Part shown: one piece after another, positions 51,520-61,540 of the stretch
Layout of the letters: each line of letters begins with the position of its first letter
How positions within the stretch are numbered: the stretch's first letter is position 1
NCBI GenBank assembly: GCA_019057815.1
Contig: JAHLWR010000012.1
Span: forward strand, 32,001-96,000
Length of the DNA: 64,000 nucleotides
Direction of reading: 5' to 3'
Origin: Candidatus Heimdallarchaeota archaeon
Lineage (GTDB): Archaea > Asgardarchaeota > Heimdallarchaeia > Heimdallarchaeales > Heimdallarchaeaceae
The notes under the pieces: model-generated
Told to the model about the DNA's origin: nothing
Seen by the model: the letters and a program-made list of their open reading frames with translations, nothing else
Database searches by the model: none
Made by a program: the position numbers and the translations under genes

Positions 51520-53370
51520 CTAACTTGAGTATAGTTTTTGGTAATATTTGATAAGTCCTCCAGCGTTGAAAATTTTCAATAATTCTTCAGGGAGTTTTGG
51601 AAAATCATAGGTTCTGTCCCCATTGATTAGTTTCCCATTTTCCAAATCAACCGATGTTGGAACATTTGAATCAAAATTTTCCACAAATTCTGGATGAACA
51701 ATAATTGGTAATCCTTGATTTATTGCAGAACGGTAAAATATTCTAGCAACCGATTTGACAATTACTGCTTTTACGCCTGCAAAAGCTAATCCTACTGCTG
51801 GATGTTCCCTAGATGACCCGCTACCAAAATTAGCTCCAGCAATAATGATATCATCTTCTTTAACTTGAGAAGCAAAAGCTTCATCTAATCCTTTGAATAA
51901 GTGAGGAACAATTTTATCCCCGTCAGCTGATTTGATATCGTAAGTCAAATTACCTGCGAACATTTGGTCTGTGTTAAAATCATTAACATCACAATAATTC
52001 CAAACATTATTTTTGTATCTGCCATCATCTGATGCTATAACTATCGTTTTCTCCACTTCATCTTTGGGTTGGATTTTTATCTTTGTTTCCTTTTTCTCCA
52101 AAGCTAGAGGTAGAAAATCTCGAGGGTCAACAATTTTACCAGCAATTGCAGAAGCAGCTATAGTAGCAGGAGATGCTAAATAAACTGATGATGCTTTATT
52201 TCCCATTCTCCCTAGAAAATTTCTATTTGCAGTAGAGATTACGTTAAAACCATCTGCTGGTATCCCTTGTCCTTTTCCTAAACATGGACCACAACTACAT
52301 GAAAGAATCGTAGCACCTGCTTCGACAAAAGTATGTATTGCTCCTTTATTCAAGGCTTCTAGATATATTTCTTGAGATGCTGGAGCAACAATAAATTGCA
52401 CTCCTTGTCTAACTTTCTTTCCTTCCAAAATTATAGCAGCTATTAGAAAATCATCTAACCTAGCATTTGTGCATGTTCCTAAGAAAGCTTGATCAACAGG
52501 TATTTCACCAATCTTTGATATTAATTGTATATTATCAACTTGATGTGGAATCGCAACAAGAGGTTCTAAATCATCTAAAACAATTATAATCTCACGGCTG
52601 TAAATAGCATCTTCATCAGCCCAATATAATCCCTCTGCTGGGAATTCCTTTGTTGGATGTTTTTCTTTCAACCAATTGAGTAGGATTTCATCTGGAGGAA
52701 AAATTGCTGTTTTGGCACCCATCTCCGATGCAAGGTTTGTTAAAGTCATTCGTTCAGAAACGCTTAGTTTTTTCACTCCATCTCCGTGAAACTCTATTGC
52801 TTGATAGTTTGCACCTGATGCACTTATAAGATTCATAAGCCATAAAGCGATATCTTTAGCATATACTCCTAAAGATAGCTTCCCTTTCAAAACGACCTTA
52901 ATAGTTTCTGGGACTCTGAACCATGTTTTCCCAGTTAACCATAACCCAGCTGTTTCCGTTCTATCGATTCCCGCAGCAAAAGCTGAGAAAGCTCCACTTG
53001 TGCAAGTATGCGAATCAGAACCTACAATTAACATACTAGGTAATGCATGATTTGACATTAGTTGATGACATATCCCACGTCCTTCATCATAGAAGTTGTC
53101 GATTTTTTGATCAGACACTAATTTTCTAATACTTTGGTGATCATTGGCAATCTTTGCACTCGTCGGAGGTGAATCATGGTCTAGAACAATAACCAAACGA
53201 TTGGGATACTTAATATTTTTTCCACCCATTTTCTGAAATGTCTTTACAATTGATGCTGAATTATCATGAGACATAATCAAATCTGGTTCAGCATAAATTA
53301 TATCTCCTGCTTTAACTGGTTGTCCCGACTTGTTTGAAAATAATTTCTCTGAAAATGTTTTTCCACTCAT
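51520..53370 (-). CDS. Fused LeuC-LeuD type aconitase/homoaconitase
   Basis: Motifs GSDSHT, GTCTNAR and CGPCLG, followed by NTDQM and NFGSGSSREH. Confidence 0.88.
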   Translation of the reverse strand: MSGKTFSEKLFSNKSGQPVKAGDIIYAEPDLIMSHDNSASIVKTFQKMGGKNIKYPNRLVIVLDHDSPPTSAKIANDHQSIRKLVSDQKIDNFYDEGRGICHQLMSNHALPSMLIVGSDSHTCTSGAFSAFAAGIDRTETAGLWLTGKTWFRVPETIKVVLKGKLSLGVYAKDIALWLMNLISASGANYQAIEFHGDGVKKLSVSERMTLTNLASEMGAKTAIFPPDEILLNWLKEKHPTKEFPAEGLYWADEDAIYSREIIIVLDDLEPLVAIPHQVDNIQLISKIGEIPVDQAFLGTCTNARLDDFLIAAIILEGKKVRQGVQFIVAPASQEIYLEALNKGAIHTFVEAGATILSCSCGPCLGKGQGIPADGFNVISTANRNFLGRMGNKASSVYLASPATIAASAIAGKIVDPRDFLPLALEKKETKIKIQPKDEVEKTIVIASDDGRYKNNVWNYCDVNDFNTDQMFAGNLTYDIKSADGDKIVPHLFKGLDEAFASQVKEDDIIIAGANFGSGSSREHPAVGLAFAGVKAVIVKSVARIFYRSAINQGLPIIVHPEFVENFDSNVPTSVDLENGKLINGDRTYDFPKLPEELLKIFNAGGLIKYYQKLYSS

Positions 53371-53383
53371 TACTCCTTCCTCG

Positions 53384-53896
53384 CTAAAATTCTGTTTTTT
53401 CCCCCAGTTCGAGTAAGCCACCTGCTTTCATGATGTCAATTACTGGTTTAGGGATAGATTTACATTTCATTGCTGTTCCTTTGTTTTCATTGGAGATCAT
53501 AGCATTACTAAGATCGATTTCCAAAGTATCATTGTCATCTATTTTGAACTCTAGAATTCCTGGAGCTTCAATTAACAGTAAACCTGCATTTACAGCGTTA
53601 CTATAGTAGATGGGACCAAACGATTCTCCAATAATCGCTTTGATTTTGTGAGCTAAAAATCCTGTTACAGCTTGTTGTCTGGTTGACCCTTTACCAAAAT
53701 TCTTACCGACAATCACTATTTTGTTTTCATTGTTCTCTTTCCCAAACGATTGATGTCCAGGAAGATTCCCAAAAATATGTGGTTTAATTTCTTCTGGATC
53801 ATGAATTGTTAACAATGATTGATGAAATATCTGATCTGTATCAATGTCATCAACTCTTATTATTTTTACTTGACCATTAATTTTCTCTTCACTCAA
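53384..53896 (-). CDS. LeuD/HacB family small subunit
   Basis: Motifs DDIDTDQI and NFGKGSTRQQA. Confidence 0.88.
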   Translation of the reverse strand: MSEEKINGQVKIIRVDDIDTDQIFHQSLLTIHDPEEIKPHIFGNLPGHQSFGKENNENKIVIVGKNFGKGSTRQQAVTGFLAHKIKAIIGESFGPIYYSNAVNAGLLLIEAPGILEFKIDDNDTLEIDLSNAMISNENKGTAMKCKSIPKPVIDIMKAGGLLELGEKTEF

Positions 53897-55186
53897 TTAT
53901 TCATCACCCATTTGCTCATATTCTTTTATTGGAATAGCTATCTTACCTTCGATAGCAGATGCTGCAGCAACTACAGGACTGGCTAAATAGACATCTCCTG
54001 GACCGATTTTTCCCTGAGTGTTTCTATTCCCTGTTGTTATAGAAACGGTTGTCTTACCTCCTGTTAGACCATATTGTCCCTTTGCACATGTCGAACAACC
54101 AGCACCAAAGAAGTTGCCACCAGCTTCTAGAATCGTGGTCATAGTACCATCAGCATTTAGAGAAACAAAGTCTTCTCGAGTAGCTGGAATAAGTCCTAAA
54201 CGTACATTAGGATTAACTTTTTGATTCTTTAAGATTCTAGCAGCTTGCTGAAAGTCTAGAGTAGTACCATTTGTACAGGAACCAATAACAATAGAGTGTA
54301 TTTCAGTTCCTACGACCTCTTCAATTGGTTTAACATTGTGTGGATGTGGAGGACAAGCCAAGTATAAACCTAAATCCTGGATATCAATCATTATTTCAGA
54401 AGAATAATTAGCATCTTCATCAGCTGAAATCGAATCAATTTCAATATTGAATTGTTTATAGTAGTCGGCTGTTATATGATCAGGAGCAACAAAACCTATG
54501 GATCCAGATGCTTCGGTTATTAGTGAACACAGAGTTACTCTTTCTTCTATGCTTAATCTAGATATTATCTCACCATGAAATTCAACTGAACAACCTGTAA
54601 TTCCATATTCATGCAACTGCTTCAGTACATAAAGAGCAAGATCTTTTACAGTAGTTGGCCATTTATAATCTCCTTTCAACTCAACTTTAACTGTTTCAGG
54701 AATTTTTATCCAATATTTTCCTGTTTTAACAGCAAAAGCTAGCATTAAATCTCCTGCTCCTTGTCCCAAAATCCCTAATGCTCCTAATAGATTATAATGA
54801 CTATCAGCACCAATAACTATATCGCCAGGAAGAGAAAGCCCTCTTTTAAATAGTAAATGTGACCCAATTCCTGATCCCAAATCTGTAAGTTGAATGTCGT
54901 GTTTTTTGGCGAAAACGCGCAGTTTTTCTTGGTCTATCGCATGTTTAGGATCATTGCCATAAGGGTAACAATCAGGTGTAAAAATAATTTTCTTATTATC
55001 AAAAGTTTCTGATCCCGGATAATGTTTTTCGAATAAATCGATTACTTGAGGACCAGCATAATCTCTAGCTGTTACAAGATCTAGATTAACCCAAACGATA
55101 TTACCAGGATAGATTTCTTCATCTGAACTCTCAGTATGTTTTCTAATGATTTTCTCGACTAAAGTAAATCCTACCATTTCTTCCAT
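53897..55186 (-). CDS. LeuC/HacA family large subunit (divergent)
   Basis: Motifs GADSH, GSCTNG, CSTC and YLASP. Confidence 0.88.
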   Translation of the reverse strand: MEEMVGFTLVEKIIRKHTESSDEEIYPGNIVWVNLDLVTARDYAGPQVIDLFEKHYPGSETFDNKKIIFTPDCYPYGNDPKHAIDQEKLRVFAKKHDIQLTDLGSGIGSHLLFKRGLSLPGDIVIGADSHYNLLGALGILGQGAGDLMLAFAVKTGKYWIKIPETVKVELKGDYKWPTTVKDLALYVLKQLHEYGITGCSVEFHGEIISRLSIEERVTLCSLITEASGSIGFVAPDHITADYYKQFNIEIDSISADEDANYSSEIMIDIQDLGLYLACPPHPHNVKPIEEVVGTEIHSIVIGSCTNGTTLDFQQAARILKNQKVNPNVRLGLIPATREDFVSLNADGTMTTILEAGGNFFGAGCSTCAKGQYGLTGGKTTVSITTGNRNTQGKIGPGDVYLASPVVAAASAIEGKIAIPIKEYEQMGDE

Positions 55187-55245
55187 TTCCCCTTTTTTTA
55201 AATAAGTTATATCCTTTTTGAAATGACATCGTACTGCTACAAAAA

Positions 55246-56382
55246 CTAATTTAGTTCTGCTATTTTTTTACAAATAGCTTCTGCCATTCCCGAAGTTGTT
55301 GTAACTCCACCCATGTCATATGTACGAGCTTTTCCTTCTGCAATAACTGCAGCAACAGCATTTTCTATCTTTTGAGCTAATTCATTTTCACCCAACCAAT
55401 CCAACATCATTTTAGCTGCAAGAATAGTAGCAATTGGGTTTACTTTGTTCATCCCTACATATTTAGGTGCTGAACCATGAGTTGGTTCAAAGACTGCGAA
55501 TTTTTCACCTATATTACCAGAACACGCAAATCCTAGCCCTCCTATCAGTTGAGCAGCTAAATCAGAAATAATATCACCAAACATATTAGAAGAAACTAGA
55601 ACACCATAATTCTGAGGATTCTTAACTAACCACATAGCCATAGCATCGATGTTGGTTTCCCATAACTCAACGTCTTCATAATTTTCAATCAATTTTCGAG
55701 CTTCTCTTATCATCATTCCGCTTGTTTCTCTGATAACATTCGGTTTTTCCACTACAGTAACAGTTGGATAAGCGAATTTTTTAGCATAGTCCATACTAGC
55801 TTTTAAGATGCGTTGAACTCCATCTCTAGTAAAGATTCTTGTTGAAATAGCTACATCATCTAAGTTCGCTTCAGCAAATCTTTTAGCTTTAGGGTGGTTC
55901 TCAACAATAGTTTTCATAACTTCATCAGGTACTGGGTGCCATTCAATTCCTACATACAAACCTTCAGTATTCTCACGGAAAACTACTAAATCGATATCAT
56001 CACGGAAATTTAATGGGTTCCCAGAATAAGCTTTGCATGGGCGTAAATTGACATACAAGTCAAACAGCTGTCGTAGTTTAACAATTGGGCTAAAATAAAC
56101 TAATCCTTTATCTTGTAATTCAGGTATCAATTCCTTAGCAGCTTCATCTTTAGGTTTTGAAGTAATAGCACCAAATAAGGAACAAGTTGATCCTTTTAAT
56201 AAATCGATAGTTCTGTCAGGTAAGGGGTTGCCTTCTTTGACCCAGAACTCCCAGCCAATATCACCATAAGTGTATTCAGCTTTTTCACTAAAACCTACAG
56301 CATCAAGAACATTGATAGCTGCTTCTATAGTATCTTTACCAATACCATCGCCTGGTAAAATCGCAATCTTATATTTACTCAT
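55246..56382 (-). CDS. Isocitrate/homoisocitrate/isopropylmalate dehydrogenase family protein
   Basis: Motifs PGDGIG, RENTEGLY, NMFGDIISD and EPTHGSAP. Confidence 0.92.
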   Translation of the reverse strand: MSKYKIAILPGDGIGKDTIEAAINVLDAVGFSEKAEYTYGDIGWEFWVKEGNPLPDRTIDLLKGSTCSLFGAITSKPKDEAAKELIPELQDKGLVYFSPIVKLRQLFDLYVNLRPCKAYSGNPLNFRDDIDLVVFRENTEGLYVGIEWHPVPDEVMKTIVENHPKAKRFAEANLDDVAISTRIFTRDGVQRILKASMDYAKKFAYPTVTVVEKPNVIRETSGMMIREARKLIENYEDVELWETNIDAMAMWLVKNPQNYGVLVSSNMFGDIISDLAAQLIGGLGFACSGNIGEKFAVFEPTHGSAPKYVGMNKVNPIATILAAKMMLDWLGENELAQKIENAVAAVIAEGKARTYDMGGVTTTSGMAEAICKKIAELN

Positions 56383-56405
56383 TATAACATTCACCCTTTT
56401 TTTAG

Positions 56406-56969
56406 TTATTTAGTTTCAAATAATTTCTTGATTGGAGCAAAACAAAGAAAATCACATCGGCTAACTATTTCAACTTCTGGTAATCTGTCAATTTTGTCTC
56501 CTTCCTTACTGTGAAAAACTATTGCTTGACGCACAACTAAAGGTAAATCAAACTCATAGACTATTTCCAATCCTTGTGCAGGATGTCTTATCCGTTTTCC
56601 AGCAATGGTTTGTTTGATGTTTCCAGTTGAGTCTTTTTCGTATTCAACAAACTTTCCAACGTCATGCAGTAATGCTGCAGCTATTAATTCATCTCTATTC
56701 AGTTTATCTCCCAATCCTAACATCTCATATCTTTCATATGTGGCTATACACATTTGAGTAACTGCCCTGATATGATCAATAATGTTTATTTTTGGTGCTT
56801 TACCTTCTCCAATTAATTCAGGTATCAATAATGTAAATGGAATTGTTCTTATCTCCTCTTCTTTCCATCCACCTAAATTAATCGCTTTCTCAAGAGATTT
56901 AGCAACTTTTTTTTGCAAATCAATATTTTTAATCTCTTCTAGTTCAGGAAACAGGTTTTTTATATCCAT
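56406..56969 (-). CDS. HD domain protein
   Basis: Motifs IDH, LLHDVGK, RHP and FHS. Confidence 0.85.
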   Translation of the reverse strand: MDIKNLFPELEEIKNIDLQKKVAKSLEKAINLGGWKEEEIRTIPFTLLIPELIGEGKAPKINIIDHIRAVTQMCIATYERYEMLGLGDKLNRDELIAAALLHDVGKFVEYEKDSTGNIKQTIAGKRIRHPAQGLEIVYEFDLPLVVRQAIVFHSKEGDKIDRLPEVEIVSRCDFLCFAPIKKLFETK

Positions 56970-57129
56970 TATTACCAACCTCTAATATCACTTTGTCTGT
57001 ACAAATTAAGAAACGATAATTATCTCAATTTATACAAGTTTTTTTAATGTAAAAGTATTTTTAATGAGTTATAATTAAGCATTTTGCTACGACTTCTTTT
57101 TTTAAAGATAATATAATTTTGAGTATTGA

Positions 57130-57606
57130 CTATTGTTTTTTATATAACAAAATATCTCTTTTTGTTTTCGCATAAATTAACCACAGCATAATCGCGGAAA
57201 AGAGAGCTAAACTAACATAAATCATAGTTAGTGATAAGTTGATTAAATTATCTACATCATCGAAAGTTAATATTCCTTTAGAAAAATATTGAGCAATAAA
57301 ATAAAAAATAATCGACTGAAAGCAAGGTAGCACTGCTAAAAAGACAATTCTTTCTTTTAATGTAATAAATAGAAATATTGACAGAAACAAACATGCAATC
57401 GATAAGAGAATTGAAAAAACTAGTCTTAATTGATAGTTAACATCTAAATTAATATGATAAACTCCTATTACGTTGTGTGAAATCATCAGATTGAAATTAA
57501 TAATTACAGAAAATATTGGTGTAATAATCAAACTAAACGTAAAAACCGAAATAACAAATATCTTTCCTGCTTTAGAATTCTGGAAGTATTCTTTAAATCG
57601 ATTCAT
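57130..57606 (-). CDS. Hypothetical membrane protein
   Basis: About 4 TM helices. Confidence 0.6.
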   Translation of the reverse strand: MNRFKEYFQNSKAGKIFVISVFTFSLIITPIFSVIINFNLMISHNVIGVYHINLDVNYQLRLVFSILLSIACLFLSIFLFITLKERIVFLAVLPCFQSIIFYFIAQYFSKGILTFDDVDNLINLSLTMIYVSLALFSAIMLWLIYAKTKRDILLYKKQ

Positions 57607-57657
57607 TAAAGGATGGAGAAGATTTTGAAATATATACTTTGTTATCTCTTTATTGTA

Positions 57658-57819
57658 CTACTTTTTAAACGTGTTTTCCTTTCGTTTTATAGTGAAAGAA
57701 TATTTCTCATTATCTAGCCATGGGCAACTAGAACAGTCACTACAACTGCTTTTGCAAGATCCTCTTGAGACGAAAATCCTTATGAACCATCTTCGAATCA
57801 TTTGCAATTTAATTTTCAT
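57658..57819 (-). CDS. Small Cys-rich protein after feoB (53 aa, absent from ORF track)
   Basis: MKIKLQMIRRWFIRIFVSRGSCKSSCSDCSSCPW..., starting 4 nt after the feoB stop. Confidence 0.65.
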   Translation of the reverse strand: MKIKLQMIRRWFIRIFVSRGSCKSSCSDCSSCPWLDNEKYSFTIKRKENTFKK

Positions 57820-57823
57820 ATTA

Positions 57824-59908
57824 TTACCCCATAACAAGTACTAACAGATGATAAACAATAGTCGTTATTATTGTGGTTAATATTAGTGGATAGAAAAAGC
57901 CTAAAGCTGTAAGTTTCCAACTTCTTGATTCTGATTTCATTGTAGCTATTGTTGCAAAACAAGGAGCATAAGTCATTTGAAATATCAAGAAAGATATAAC
58001 TTGAGGAATGGTCCAAGCAGCTAAAAGAGCTGAAACAATGGTACCTCCTGAAGAATAAAGAATACCTAGAGCAGATATTATAACTTCTTTTGCACCTATC
58101 CCGAAAGCTAAAGGAACAATCATTTTCCAATCTAAACCCATCATGGGATAAGTAACATATGCTAAACCCCTTCCTACATACCCAATAATAGTTTTTTCTG
58201 GGACGACATTAAATGGTATATTGCTAACTATCCAGATAAGGATTGATGCGATAAAAATCATCGTTCCAGCTTTTATCAGAAAAATTCTGGTTCTTTCCCA
58301 AGTAAGATAACCAATATTTCTGAATCTTGGTCTACGATACTCAGGTAGTTCAAGAATCAAGGGTAGCTTTTCTTCATTTTTCCTGAAAAAGGATGCAAGA
58401 AAAGCTGTTATCAAGACAAAAAATATGCTTAAACCGTAGAGAAGCAATAAGATAATAGCAGCTAACCAAGGTTTAAAGAAAATACCTGTTATAAAAGCAA
58501 GCACTCCTAATCTTGCTGCACAAGGAATAAATGAATTCGCTAGTATCATAATTTTGCGATCACTTTCATTCTTGATTGTTCGCGTAGCCATAATTCCCGC
58601 CACGTTACACCCAAAACCCATTATCAGACTTAAGAATGCAGTTCCTTGTAGACCAAATTTTCCCATTACTTTATCCATTAAATATGCAGACCTTGCTAAA
58701 TATCCTGAATCTTCTAAAATGGCAACTAAAGTATAAAAAATCGCGATTATAGGGAGAAAGAGTAGAACTGCACCTATTCCTGCTATAACACCATCAACTA
58801 TTAAACTATTCAGAATTGCTGGAGAATTAACATTGAGTAATAATGACGATATCCAATTTGCAAATTTACTAACCAACCAGTCCATCCCTTCAAGTATCGG
58901 ACTTGACAAATAGAAAGTTATTAAGAAGAAAATAGCGTAAATTATTATAAGGATTGGAAAACCCCAAAATCTATGTAGGACTATTTTGTCTACTTTGTCG
59001 CTTTTCTTTTCCTGAAATTCGCTTAGACCATAAACTGATTTAGAAAGAATTTGTTGAATAGCACGATATTTTCTTTTAGATATCTCAGATGAAGGAATGT
59101 AATCCTCTGTCTCTTTAAAGTGTTCAATCTTTTTTCTAACATTAGAAAGATCATATTCTTTTTCTAGTTCTGTTAGTATACTTTCGTCTCCTTCAAGTAC
59201 CTTAAACGCTAACCACTCGGTGGGGTAGTTTATCAGAACATTTCGATCATCAATTTGTTTTCGTATACTTTGAAGCATTAATTCAATTTTTCTCGGATAA
59301 ACTACTTTCGCAGGAGTAAAATGGTATTTTTCTGTGTGCAATGTGTCATATAAGAATTTTTTAAGTGATATGTATGACATATCATCAAAAGCACTAACTA
59401 ATACAACAGGAATACCTAACTGCTCTTGCAATTTGATTCTATCTATAGTGATTCCTTCTTTATCTGCAATATCCATCATATTTACAACTAAAGCTACATT
59501 TGAGGTCAATTCCATTGTTTGTAAGGCTATAAATAATGTTCTTTCTAATCTAGAAGCATCAACAATGACACAAACTAAATCAGGTTTTTCTTCAATAACA
59601 AACTGCCTTGTAATCAGTTCTTCTTCAGAACGAGCTGTTAGAGAATAAGTTCCTGGTAAATCAGTTAATGAAAAATACTCATCTGAAAGAATAAAATGTC
59701 CCTCTTTTTTCTCAATAGTCTTACCTGGCCAGTTTCCGATGTGTTGATGACTCCCTGTTAATCCATTGAAAAGAGAGGATTTTCCCACATTAGGATTACC
59801 TAAAAAAGCAATACGATGCTCTATCCCATGATCAATCTTAGTAGGATCGAATCTAGTTCTATGGTGAAACTTACGTCCTCTTCCTGAAAATCTTCTCTTT
59901 CCGTGCAT
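57824..59908 (-). CDS. feoB: Ferrous iron transporter B
   Basis: Motifs GNPNVGKS, NWPGKT, DLPGTYSL, GFGCNV and PCAARL. Confidence 0.95.
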   Translation of the reverse strand: MHGKRRFSGRGRKFHHRTRFDPTKIDHGIEHRIAFLGNPNVGKSSLFNGLTGSHQHIGNWPGKTIEKKEGHFILSDEYFSLTDLPGTYSLTARSEEELITRQFVIEEKPDLVCVIVDASRLERTLFIALQTMELTSNVALVVNMMDIADKEGITIDRIKLQEQLGIPVVLVSAFDDMSYISLKKFLYDTLHTEKYHFTPAKVVYPRKIELMLQSIRKQIDDRNVLINYPTEWLAFKVLEGDESILTELEKEYDLSNVRKKIEHFKETEDYIPSSEISKRKYRAIQQILSKSVYGLSEFQEKKSDKVDKIVLHRFWGFPILIIIYAIFFLITFYLSSPILEGMDWLVSKFANWISSLLLNVNSPAILNSLIVDGVIAGIGAVLLFLPIIAIFYTLVAILEDSGYLARSAYLMDKVMGKFGLQGTAFLSLIMGFGCNVAGIMATRTIKNESDRKIMILANSFIPCAARLGVLAFITGIFFKPWLAAIILLLLYGLSIFFVLITAFLASFFRKNEEKLPLILELPEYRRPRFRNIGYLTWERTRIFLIKAGTMIFIASILIWIVSNIPFNVVPEKTIIGYVGRGLAYVTYPMMGLDWKMIVPLAFGIGAKEVIISALGILYSSGGTIVSALLAAWTIPQVISFLIFQMTYAPCFATIATMKSESRSWKLTALGFFYPLILTTIITTIVYHLLVLVMG

Positions 59909-59940
59909 TGAAAAACACCACGTTTGGATTGCTTTAAATT

Positions 59941-60174
59941 TTAGTTTTCAGATATAACCTCAATTTTTGCAGCTAATCCTCTACCAATTGCAACTCTGGT
60001 TCCTTTGATCTCTACTATCACAGGACCCTCATCATTTTTTAGGATCTTGATTTTTTCATCTTCAATAATTCCGAGATCAGATAAGTAATTACGTGCCCTA
60101 AAACCTGCAATAATTCGCTTTATTTTTAAAATGACATCTTTATTGGCATCACAGAGCGTTCGTGTCAGTTGCAT
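59941..60174 (-). CDS. feoA: Ferrous iron transport protein A
   Basis: LSDLGI...GPVIVEIKGTRVAIGRGLAAKI. Confidence 0.9.
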   Translation of the reverse strand: MQLTRTLCDANKDVILKIKRIIAGFRARNYLSDLGIIEDEKIKILKNDEGPVIVEIKGTRVAIGRGLAAKIEVISEN

Positions 60175-60210
60175 CCACTTCAACATCATGGGAACCATGG
60201 TTATTATAAA

Positions 60211-60232
60211 ATTTTTGGATGTGTCCAAAAAT
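60211..60232. promoter_or_regulatory. Palindromic operator upstream of feoAB (DtxR/MntR-like)
   Basis: ATTTTTGGA tgtg TCCAAAAAT next to the TATA box, plus an extra half-site at 60234. Confidence 0.6.
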
Positions 60233-60406
60233 TATTTTTGGATATAAACGCATTCTGTCCAAATTTCAGTTCAAAATGCTTTATTAAAAATTACAAGTTT
60301 CAAACAATTTCTAAAATCTTTATGTTCGGTAAAATAGAATTTTTGATGTTTTTTCTTTTAACAGAACAGAACAGAACAGAAGTATCTCCCCTTTTGTAGG
60401 GGTATT

Positions 60407-61471
60407 TCATACTTCCCATTCAACAATTGGTACCTTGAAAATCATTCTTATACCAGTTATTTTTCCAGCCCGTTTGATATCTTGAAGTTTTAATCTCATT
60501 CGATATTTATCGAGAAGACTATCAATGACGATAATGTCTATCTTTTTATTTTCTGTTTCATGTGAAGAGGTAATTTCTCTTTTCTCTTCAAGACTTAGCT
60601 GAACACCTTCTATGTGAAGAACTATTCTTGCTTCTTCCATTGTTGGAGCGTGAATATTGATTTCAACTACTATAGGCTTTGTTGTATTCTCTGTTCTATA
60701 TTCTAACATTTTTATCATTAAATTGACAAATACTCGATATGTAAATTCATCTCCTGCTACAATATAGTTACTCATTTTATTTATTTCAATAGAGAGACTT
60801 GATGAAAAGAAGTTTTGAATATATCGTATGGCATGATTCATTATATCAGCTATTTTTTGGTTGACTAGTGGCTTAGAAGTATCCATAATCCCTAATATTT
60901 TCGCATTTTGGATTAAATAAATACTTTTGACAGTTACATCTCTCATTCTTTGATGTATTTGATTAAAGGTAGTAGCATCTAATTTATCCATCTCATACAA
61001 ACGTTTAATCATATCAAGGTATCCTATCTCGGTATGCATTTTATTTAACAAGTCGTGTCGTAGAAGAGAGTTTAACAACTGACCTCTGCTTTCTGAATCT
61101 ACAATCTGGAGAACATCTCTACAAATTAGAACAAACAGAACTTCTTCTTCAACTTTGATTAATGTTGCAGAGATATCAAATGGTATGAGTATTTTCTCTG
61201 TTGTTTTTATATTAAAACGCTCTATTTCTTTCCCATTAGCTATAACATCATCGCAGAAACCTTTGAAAGTTTTTGGCATCTCTAAGAAATTCGTGAATTT
61301 CTTCTTTCGCATATTTTTTAATGTTAAACCCAGATAACGACAAGCAAGAATATTGGCTTCATAAATTTGATAATCCTTATTGATAAAGAGTATCATATCC
61401 AAGCTTTCTTGGAATAGGATATCAAATGCTTCTTGCAATAAATTAATGTCAGTTTCTGGATTCATACACAT
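60407..61471 (-). CDS. PAS domain protein with degenerate histidine-kinase core
   Basis: PAS domain and H-box LRHDLLN. No G1/G2 boxes. Confidence 0.65.
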   Translation of the reverse strand: MCMNPETDINLLQEAFDILFQESLDMILFINKDYQIYEANILACRYLGLTLKNMRKKKFTNFLEMPKTFKGFCDDVIANGKEIERFNIKTTEKILIPFDISATLIKVEEEVLFVLICRDVLQIVDSESRGQLLNSLLRHDLLNKMHTEIGYLDMIKRLYEMDKLDATTFNQIHQRMRDVTVKSIYLIQNAKILGIMDTSKPLVNQKIADIMNHAIRYIQNFFSSSLSIEINKMSNYIVAGDEFTYRVFVNLMIKMLEYRTENTTKPIVVEINIHAPTMEEARIVLHIEGVQLSLEEKREITSSHETENKKIDIIVIDSLLDKYRMRLKLQDIKRAGKITGIRMIFKVPIVEWEV

Positions 61472-61540
61472 TTCACGCTATAATTAACAAATTTACTATA
61501 CATAATATCATAAAAAGATTTCGAATTAGTTCTTTTTTCA

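Noticed and set aside
51520-56382. Labelling as the leuBCD leucine operon
   Set aside because: There is no leuA or ilv gene, and specificity cannot be assigned from motifs, so gene symbols were withheld.
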